Shown here: in pieces, positions 8,867 through 15,873 of the stretch
Layout of the letters: every line of letters starts with the position of its first letter
Numbering within the stretch: the stretch's first letter is position 1
Assembly: GCA_039798005.1 (NCBI GenBank)
Contig: JBDKGV010000002.1
Location: 1-44,394 of the forward strand
Reading direction: 5' to 3'
DNA length: 44,394 bases
Origin: Fibrobacterota bacterium
GTDB lineage: Bacteria > Fibrobacterota > Fibrobacteria > UBA5070
The notes under the pieces: model-generated
Told to the model about the DNA's origin: nothing
Seen by the model: only the letters and a program-made list of their open reading frames with translations
Database searches by the model: none
Made by a program: the position numbers and the translations under genes

Positions 8867-10369
8867 GTGAAACACCTCCACCGCCTGTGGCTGGGACTTG
8901 CTCTCTGCCTCCCGCATCTTGCCTTGGGCTTGGATGCCAATGTTCCCTTGAGCTCCAAGATCTGGAAGCGCATGCCCACGCTGTCGACGGTCCTTGTCCA
9001 TTCGGGAAATGCCGCCTTGGACGATGCGATGGAGGAAGGCTTCCGCCTGCATTGGAAGGCCACTCCCTGGCGTTGGGCCGCCGACACCGGTTTCCCTCAG
9101 GTCAAAGCCGATTCCGCGATCCTGGTCTTCGGCAATTTCCCGATGTTCCGCTGGCGGGAGATGGGCTATATGGGCTGCCTCGACGGCTGGAAGCCGCGAG
9201 GATACGCCTGTGTCCAGAACGATTCCGCCAGCAGCTTCTCGCTCTATCTCGTGGAAGGCAAGGAGCGCCACCAGGAGGTCATGAGCGAGATCTCCGAACT
9301 GCGCTCGTGGCCGCATGGCGATGCCATGGCCATCGACGTGGTGCGGGATTTCAACGACGCTTTTCAACGGATCGCCAAAGGTCCGGCACCGTCCGCGAGA
9401 TTCTTTGAGGACAACAGGGAATGGCCCGGGCTCCTGGTGAGCTTCCCGCAGCGCGAACTCTGCTCCGCCTGCACCGTTTGGGTGGCGCGGGAGTATGGTC
9501 GTACCCTCCCGACGCCACCGGGAGGAACCCGCGGCTTTGGTGAGAATGGAAGCCGCGTCACCCAGTCCGACACCATTCCCCTTGATCCCGCCGCCTTTGC
9601 AAAGGTGCTGGGAAGACCGGTGCAGGTCATCGGGATGGACAGTCTGGAACCGATGCTCGGAAGTGGAAGACAGGGGCTCTATCTCGATGCGGGCACCCGT
9701 TCCTCCTTTGCTCAGAACCTTCATCTGCGCACCCTGGACAGCGGCCAGCTGGTGGCCACCGCGACCCGGATGGGGCTCTACCGCACAGGCGGACAGACGG
9801 GACTGCGCCCCGAGAATCTCGAGCCCTTGGCTGCCCGACTCCAAGGCAAGGAGCTTCGGACGATCTTCAGCGCCTCGTATTGGATGCAATACAACTCAAG
9901 CTCGATCTCTCAATTGGGGGTCGCCAGCTTGGAATACAAGCGAGGTCTGCATGGCCTCGTGGGGATTGGAAACGGTACGCCCACGGCCTCGATCAGAACG
10001 GAAGAGAAGGCTCTCACTGTCCTGCTTGCCGGTGCGCGCTGGTATCCTTCCCTCGGCTTCGAGGATCGTGCCTTGACCAATCGGGTCGTTGTCGACGGGC
10101 TCTTGATCCTGCCCTTGGGCTCGATGCGAAACGAGGATGCCGACAATTATGCTCAAGACTGGAATGCCCCGCCGACCGTGCAACTGGTGGCTGCATTCAA
10201 CCTGTACTTTCTTGAGATGGGTTTTGGATTTCAGATCCCCTTGGGAGAGGAATACAGCCATTTGGAGGGCTATGAATTCACGGGCATGGCCAAGAGTTCC
10301 AATTGGGTGCTTCGCCTTGCGCTACGCACGGAATGGCGGGGCTGGAAGCAAGCGCCGAAATTCGACTGA
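8867..10369 (+). CDS. Hypothetical exported protein, possibly with a C-terminal outer-membrane beta-barrel
   Basis: GTG 8867 preceded by GAAAGGA; signal peptide-like N-terminus; alternating beta-strand pattern near the C-terminus. The upstream part of the 865-aa ORF call overlaps real minus-strand genes. Confidence 0.65.
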   Translation: MKHLHRLWLGLALCLPHLALGLDANVPLSSKIWKRMPTLSTVLVHSGNAALDDAMEEGFRLHWKATPWRWAADTGFPQVKADSAILVFGNFPMFRWREMGYMGCLDGWKPRGYACVQNDSASSFSLYLVEGKERHQEVMSEISELRSWPHGDAMAIDVVRDFNDAFQRIAKGPAPSARFFEDNREWPGLLVSFPQRELCSACTVWVAREYGRTLPTPPGGTRGFGENGSRVTQSDTIPLDPAAFAKVLGRPVQVIGMDSLEPMLGSGRQGLYLDAGTRSSFAQNLHLRTLDSGQLVATATRMGLYRTGGQTGLRPENLEPLAARLQGKELRTIFSASYWMQYNSSSISQLGVASLEYKRGLHGLVGIGNGTPTASIRTEEKALTVLLAGARWYPSLGFEDRALTNRVVVDGLLILPLGSMRNEDADNYAQDWNAPPTVQLVAAFNLYFLEMGFGFQIPLGEEYSHLEGYEFTGMAKSSNWVLRLALRTEWRGWKQAPKFD

Positions 10370-10383
10370 CCTGCAAACCAGGG

Positions 10384-12360
10384 CTATTTCCCTTTGCCTT
10401 TGGATTCAACCAGATCCTTCACCAAGGTCGTGACGCTCTCGGTGAGGCGCTCGACGGATGGCGAGCTTCCCGTTTCCACGGTGGCTTGGATCACCGCCCC
10501 TTCCTTGGGCTCCACGACGGCGGCCATCAGGCACACGTCGGAGCCGTCCCAAGTCTTGGCGGGATTGCCGGAAAAGCTCACTGCAAGGGGCATGAGGGTC
10601 TTGCGCATCTCCCCTCGCGGGGCGAGGTCAAGGCTCACCACCATCAGGCCTTGAGCCTTGTGGGCAGCCAGCAGCTCCCGCAATTGGTCGAGTCTGGGCC
10701 GGTACCTCGAGATCCCCCGGGTGTCGATGCGCTCGCGCAGCCAATCCCACCCCTTGGCCAATCCTTCCACCAGTGCGGCGTCGTTCTCCGTCCAGGCCAG
10801 AGGATCGACGATCTCAAGGTCGATGCCTCGGGCCGTGCTTGATTTTGACAATTCCTGTCGCAGCAGATCCAAGGCCCCGTCCCGTCCTCCCATCCGCTTG
10901 GCCGCCGTACCGTCGCCCCAATGGACGGGGAGCACGAGCAGCTTCATCCCTTTGGTCAATCCCGTCGATGCCGTGGTGTCGGGCAGGTCCCAAGGATTTG
11001 CAGGCAAGGGCTGGAAGGATGCCCGCAGTCCCGCAAGTTGCGCCTTCTGATTGCGAAGCGAACGCGCAAGGGGAAGGGAGCTGTCCTTGACCGCCTCGAC
11101 CTGACGTGGCCAGGCCTTGGGCATCGCCGACCAGAGCTCCTTCTCCAGGGCGAGGTCCAGGCTGTCCGCCATTGCGTCGGCCTTGAGCTTGCGCATCTGA
11201 TCGATGGCAAGGCAGGGGAGCAGGAGGCCGGGGGAATGCTCCAGAAAGTGCTCGAAGGTCTGGTAGGCCCCGAAGGACCGCACGCGGCGAGCCCTTGGTG
11301 CCGCATTGCGGATGGCCGCCTTTTCCAAGGCAAGCTCCACCAGGGAACGCGCGAAGACCTGCCGCAGGGAGCGGTCCCGCTCACGCCCTTCGAGTTGCGA
11401 CCACGCCTCGAAGGCCGCCACCGCCGGCTGGTTGGTCTCCAGGTAGCGGGCGGAAAGAACCGTCTGCGCCTGCTTTTTCAGGCTTGCGAACACCGTGGAA
11501 TCCACCAGGAATTCCCGTCCGGGGGCGCTTGTGCCGATCCAGCGGGCAAGCGCCTTGCGGCGGCGCGGAATGGCGGGGTGGGTCTGAAGGGAATCGTCAT
11601 CCTCGGTCGCGGCGGGAGCCGTGCGCGCTTGAGAAGGGCTCATCCAAGCGGAGTCGTTCCACAGATGGCCAAGTCCCGCAACGGCCCGGCGATCCCATGC
11701 TCGACCGCCCAGCGCATTGTCGCTTGCCCCGAGAATGCCGTACAGGGAATCCAGCGACATCTTCCCGTATCGCGAATCGGATAGCCAGGCAAGGCCAAGG
11801 CTGTCGGCGGCCAATTCACGGCTGCGCGAGTGCTGCAGGCGCGTGCGCTCCCAGCGATCGCTGATGCCACCCCACGAGTCCTCTTCCTTCTTCTTCTCCG
11901 CCCATTCGTCCGGACCGTGGTGGTACCAGTAATGAGCCGCTTCGTGGGCAAGCACCATGGCCAGTTGGGCCTCGGTCTCCAGGCGTGAGAGCATCCCTTG
12001 GTTGACGAGGATGGTTCCGTCGGTCAGGACGAAGGCGTTCACGAAAGGCGATGGGGACAGATAGGCCCGCATGCGCTTGCGCAACGCCGGCTGGCCGACC
12101 AGGACCGAATCCAGCACCCTGCCGAGGTAGGCTTGCGCCTTGTCCGAAAGAAGGACCTCGCCTTTCCATGCCATGTTGCGCCGCAACTCCAAGCGCCGCG
12201 CCCATTCGTCCGCCCAGCTTTCCCGCAGGTTCTTGGGGATGATCGAGTCGAGGGACGCCGACCGCGCCGGTCCGCGGAAGTCCTGAGGAAGCCGGGAGGA
12301 AGGCGAGGAGCCGGGCATGGAGCCCAACGCCGTCGCCAGGGCAAGCGAAATGGGAAGCAT
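10384..12360 (-). CDS. M48 family zinc metallopeptidase with C-terminal extension
   Basis: VNAFVLTDGTILVNQGML, LAHEAAH (HExxH), SRSRELAAD and THP motifs; signal peptide. Confidence 0.88.
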   Translation of the reverse strand: MLPISLALATALGSMPGSSPSSRLPQDFRGPARSASLDSIIPKNLRESWADEWARRLELRRNMAWKGEVLLSDKAQAYLGRVLDSVLVGQPALRKRMRAYLSPSPFVNAFVLTDGTILVNQGMLSRLETEAQLAMVLAHEAAHYWYHHGPDEWAEKKKEEDSWGGISDRWERTRLQHSRSRELAADSLGLAWLSDSRYGKMSLDSLYGILGASDNALGGRAWDRRAVAGLGHLWNDSAWMSPSQARTAPAATEDDDSLQTHPAIPRRRKALARWIGTSAPGREFLVDSTVFASLKKQAQTVLSARYLETNQPAVAAFEAWSQLEGRERDRSLRQVFARSLVELALEKAAIRNAAPRARRVRSFGAYQTFEHFLEHSPGLLLPCLAIDQMRKLKADAMADSLDLALEKELWSAMPKAWPRQVEAVKDSSLPLARSLRNQKAQLAGLRASFQPLPANPWDLPDTTASTGLTKGMKLLVLPVHWGDGTAAKRMGGRDGALDLLRQELSKSSTARGIDLEIVDPLAWTENDAALVEGLAKGWDWLRERIDTRGISRYRPRLDQLRELLAAHKAQGLMVVSLDLAPRGEMRKTLMPLAVSFSGNPAKTWDGSDVCLMAAVVEPKEGAVIQATVETGSSPSVERLTESVTTLVKDLVESKGKGK

Positions 12361-12364
12361 TCGA

Positions 12365-13612
12365 TCACTCCTGCCGGATGGCCGCCACGGGAGACAGCTT
12401 CGAGGCGCGCCAAGCCGGATAAAGCGCCGCGAGCCAACAGATCACATTGGCCGCCACGCCGACGATCACCACGTCCTGCCAGTGGATGTCCACGGGAAGC
12501 ACGTCGATGAAGTAGATGTCGCCGGGGAGCTTGATGAGCTGGAAACGCGCCTGGATCCAGCACAGCCCCAGTCCGAAGCTGATCCCCGACAGCGAACCGA
12601 TCAATCCGGCGTAGGCGCCTTGGAACAGGAAGATGCGCAGGATGGAGCGCGAATTGGTGCCCATGGCCCGCAGGATCCCGATCTCGCGCGTCTTTTCCAG
12701 GACGCCCATCACAAGGGAGCTGGCGATGTTGAAGGCGGCCACCAGGATGATCAGGCAAAGGACCACGGTGACGATCACCTTCTCCAGGCGCATCCATTTC
12801 ATCAGGGCGGCGTTCTTGGTCAGCCAGTCGAGGGGCTCGAGCTTCACCTTGGCGGCCAGGCTCTGACCCACCTCGCGGGCGGCCCACATGTCCTTCACGC
12901 GCACCTGGATCCCTGAGATGCGGTGCCCGGTCTGGTACAGGCGCTGCGCCGAGGGAATGCCGATGAAGGCCATGTTCGCATCGAACTCGTAAAGGCCGGA
13001 GGCGAAGATGCCTGTCAGCACGACCCGCTCCATCCGGGGCGGTGCGCCCATGCCCGCAAGCGCGGACGCCGAGGAAAGGCTCACAAGCGTCGCCTTGTCG
13101 CCCACCATCAGTCCAAGCCGCGATGCCAAGGCGTAGCCCATCACGATGCCGTGCTCGATCCGGCCCGAATCCAAGGTGCGCATGGAAAGGTCCAGCCGCC
13201 CCACGTTCATGTACTTGACGATGTCGGTGACCTTGGGGGCACGCAAGGGATCGATGCCCATCACCACGATGCCATCGGCCGCCCGGCCGCTGGAAATGCC
13301 GGCCTTGCCGCCCAGGAAGGGTGCCGCAGCCACCACGCGGGGATCGCTCTTCTCCACAAGATCAGGCAGCGAATCCCCGTCGGGAAGGCCGGAGGCGTCG
13401 CTTGCCAGGAGGTCGAGATGGCTGTCCCGCCCGATGAGGCGATCGCGCACCTGCCCTTCGAAGCCGTTGAGAAGGGCCATGGCCACGACAAGCGAGGCCG
13501 TTCCGATGAACACCCCGGCGATGGAGAAGACGCCGACCAGCGAGGAGAAGCGTGAGCGCCTCTGGGCGCCGAGGAAACGGCGTGCCGTGCGCAATTCGAA
13601 AACGCGGATCAC
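12365..13612 (-). CDS. LolC/LolE-type (FtsX/MacB-like) ABC permease
   Basis: FSIAGVFIGTASLVVAMALLNGFE, VAAFNIASSL, EKTREIGILRAMG, IYFIDVLPV, LYPAWRAS; GTG start overlaps the upstream stop. Confidence 0.9.
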   Translation of the reverse strand: MIRVFELRTARRFLGAQRRSRFSSLVGVFSIAGVFIGTASLVVAMALLNGFEGQVRDRLIGRDSHLDLLASDASGLPDGDSLPDLVEKSDPRVVAAAPFLGGKAGISSGRAADGIVVMGIDPLRAPKVTDIVKYMNVGRLDLSMRTLDSGRIEHGIVMGYALASRLGLMVGDKATLVSLSSASALAGMGAPPRMERVVLTGIFASGLYEFDANMAFIGIPSAQRLYQTGHRISGIQVRVKDMWAAREVGQSLAAKVKLEPLDWLTKNAALMKWMRLEKVIVTVVLCLIILVAAFNIASSLVMGVLEKTREIGILRAMGTNSRSILRIFLFQGAYAGLIGSLSGISFGLGLCWIQARFQLIKLPGDIYFIDVLPVDIHWQDVVIVGVAANVICWLAALYPAWRASKLSPVAAIRQE

Positions 13613-14484
13613 AGGAGCTCCAAGGGTTCGACGCCACTGATGCGCTCGGCCTTGAGGCGAAGCTCCGTCGCGTCCATGGGTATGGCGGAGATCAATTTCA
13701 TCTCGAACTCGGATCCCGGCAGGGTCGCGGCCGCGCGGGGAAGCTTGCTGAGATCGATCCCCACAGCGTATTTGATGCCGACCTTTCCGGTCCAGCTGCG
13801 GCGAGGGGGAAGCGCCTGCTCGGGTGCCCAAGTTCCGAACGGCTGGCCGCGCCAAGTCACATCGAAGACCACACCGCCCAATTCGACCTCGGATTCCGAG
13901 GAGATCGTCACGGTGGCGTTGCTGAAGGTGTTGATGTTGCTTTCCAGCATGACTCCCAGGACGGCGCCCCGGACCAAGGATGGCTGCACCGCGAGGAGGG
14001 AATCCAGCACGCGATGGTATTTGGCCTGCTTGGCCAGACCGATCGAGATTCTTGCCTTGGCACCGGTGCCCACCACCGTCACCACCCGTGAGGAATCCAA
14101 GACCATCCGGAGGTTCCGGCGTTCTGACAGACTTGCGGCCAGTTCACGCATGGACCGTCCGCGCATGCGCAACGACCTCACCAGGTTCCAATCGGGCACC
14201 TTGCGCAACTGGTGAACCTTGATGGCCTTGTCGCTGCGGTCGATCACCTGGGTCCCGATGAGGGTATCGTATTGCGTGATATGTGAGGTGTCGGTGTACA
14301 TGTCCACGAAGAACGGCTTGTCCACGGCGGCCTTGTCCTCGTCCACCAGCATGTCCCAGGCCTTGTCCAGACGCCCTTGGTCGATGCGGGCGAAGAACTC
14401 CTCGGCAGGGGCCAATTCGCGGGTCTGATCGCAACCGGCCAAGGAAAGTGCTCCCAGGAGCGCCAAGATCTTCATCCTCATCAT
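13609..14484 (-). CDS. Hypothetical lipoprotein
   Basis: Lipobox SLAG-C; GGAGA RBS upstream of ATG 14484; coupled to the permease gene. Confidence 0.75.
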   Translation of the reverse strand: MMRMKILALLGALSLAGCDQTRELAPAEEFFARIDQGRLDKAWDMLVDEDKAAVDKPFFVDMYTDTSHITQYDTLIGTQVIDRSDKAIKVHQLRKVPDWNLVRSLRMRGRSMRELAASLSERRNLRMVLDSSRVVTVVGTGAKARISIGLAKQAKYHRVLDSLLAVQPSLVRGAVLGVMLESNINTFSNATVTISSESEVELGGVVFDVTWRGQPFGTWAPEQALPPRRSWTGKVGIKYAVGIDLSKLPRAAATLPGSEFEMKLISAIPMDATELRLKAERISGVEPLELL

Positions 14485-14524
14485 CGGGGATCTCTCCAAA
14501 CAGGACGGAATTCGTCAGGGACAG

Positions 14525-14553
14525 GGAAAGCAAAAGGGGCCAATGGCCCCTCT
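14525..14553 (-). terminator. Intrinsic terminator after slyD
   Basis: Minus strand reads GAGGGGCCATTGGCCCC followed by TTTTGCTTT. Confidence 0.65.
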
Positions 14554-14563
14554 CGTCATGCGC

Positions 14564-15055
14564 TCAATGGTGGTGATGGCCTTCGGGGCCATGGGCATGG
14601 CCGTGCTCGATCTCCTCGGCACTGGCTTCGCGCAGACCCACGACTTCCACTTCGAAGAACAGGTCCTCGCCAGCCAGCTCGTGGTTGCCGTCGATGGTGA
14701 TGTGCGTTGCCGAAACTTCCTTGACCGTCACCACGCTCCAGCCGTCGCCGGTATCCACCTGCAGCATTTCGCCAGGCTTCACGCTGCGCATCTTCGGGGG
14801 GAACTTGGACTTTTCGACCTGCTGAACGAGCTCGGGGTCGTAATCGCCGTAACCTTCATCGGCCGAGACGCTCACGGAGGCCTTGTCACCGACAGTCAGG
14901 CCAAGCAACGCCTTTTCCAGACCCGGGACGATGTTGTCGTGTCCGTGCAGGTAGGCGAAGGCATCCTCGGCTCCGGCCTGATCCAGGATCTCGCCCTTGC
15001 GGTTCTTCAGGACATAGGCGATGGTCGCAACGGAGTTGTTCTGGATCTTGGACAT
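14564..15055 (-). CDS. slyD: FKBP-type peptidyl-prolyl isomerase SlyD
   Basis: YLHGHDNIVPGLEKAL, EGYGDYD, IDGNHELAG and a His-rich tail HGHAHGPEGHHHH. Confidence 0.95.
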   Translation of the reverse strand: MSKIQNNSVATIAYVLKNRKGEILDQAGAEDAFAYLHGHDNIVPGLEKALLGLTVGDKASVSVSADEGYGDYDPELVQQVEKSKFPPKMRSVKPGEMLQVDTGDGWSVVTVKEVSATHITIDGNHELAGEDLFFEVEVVGLREASAEEIEHGHAHGPEGHHHH

Positions 15056-15123
15056 CGGACTTCCTTTCTTGGCCGGGACTCGTTCCCGGACCGGTCATGG
15101 GTCCCTGCAACGACGCAAAGACC

Positions 15124-15147
15124 AAGGGCCACCGGTCGGTGGCCCTT
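15124..15147 (-). terminator. Hairpin between the small-protein genes and slyD (possible weak terminator)
   Basis: AAGGGCCACC-GGTC-GGTGGCCCTT perfect 10-bp stem; poor U-tract. Confidence 0.45.
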
Positions 15148-15229
15148 CTCAAGCGTGCAAGATAATCCCATGAGCCGTGATCGGACCACCGCCCGGTGCA
15201 AAGCCCAAGGAGACGATTCCTGGCCTGGT

Positions 15230-15460
15230 CTAGACTCCGTGGTCCTCGGGAAGCTCATCGCAGTCCCCGTCGCAGCAGCAACCGTCGCAATATTCGTCCT
15301 CGCGGCGGCGCTTGATGATGTACCAAGCCGCGGCGCCCAAGGCGATCAGGCCCAAGCCGATGCCCAGACCCAGCAGGATCTGCTGCAGGCGGACTTCCTT
15401 CGACTGGCGACGGAAGTAAGGGAGATACACATGTTCCTTGACGTAATCCGAAATGTTCAT
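15230..15460 (-). CDS. Small single-TM protein with an acidic Cys-rich tail
   Basis: AGGAGA RBS; one TM helix followed by KRRREDEYCDGCCCDGDCDE. Confidence 0.75.
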   Translation of the reverse strand: MNISDYVKEHVYLPYFRRQSKEVRLQQILLGLGIGLGLIALGAAAWYIIKRRREDEYCDGCCCDGDCDELPEDHGV

Positions 15461-15472
15461 GACTTCTCCTTG

Positions 15473-15658
15473 TTAACCGCGAAAACGCTGCCAGACACCC
15501 GCAAGACGGTCGCGGGTGCCGTTCACCTGACGATTCAGACGCCCGAGAACGCCACCGGCGAACTCCTGGAAATCGTCATCCTCGCGCCAAAGATACCAGA
15601 CCACGAGACTGGTAAGCACCGCTGCACCCAAAAGCCCGAACACGAACCACTTGCGCAT
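15473..15658 (-). CDS. Small N-terminally anchored membrane protein
   Basis: GGAGGTG RBS before ATG 15658; MRKWFVFGLLGAAVLTSLVVWYLW then a predicted amphipathic region. Confidence 0.7.
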   Translation of the reverse strand: MRKWFVFGLLGAAVLTSLVVWYLWREDDDFQEFAGGVLGRLNRQVNGTRDRLAGVWQRFRG

Positions 15659-15695
15659 ATCCACCTCCCCGATCACGACGGAAGATCGGCATTTA

Positions 15696-15715
15696 TTTGA
15701 CAATTCCTGTCGCAG
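15696..15715. repeat. 20-bp exact duplicate TTTGACAATTCCTGTCGCAG (also at 10844-10863)
   Basis: Direct sequence identity between this divergent intergenic region and the M48 CDS; contains the palindromic motif. Confidence 0.7.
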
Positions 15716-15873
15716 TCAAGGCGACACACCCAAGTATACAAGTCTCAACCGACCTGCGCAATGCCAGAATGTCCTGTCCGGCATCCTTGGAAGTTGCGCA
15801 TGCAAGGCTCAGGAGCTAGTATCTAGCTTGGAAGATCCTCAAAAGCCTGAACCACGATTCAAAGTGAGCATCC

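Noticed and set aside
14124-14137. 14-bp match CTGACAGACTTGCG with 43225-43238
   Set aside because: A match of this length is within chance expectation, and only one half-site of the palindrome is present.
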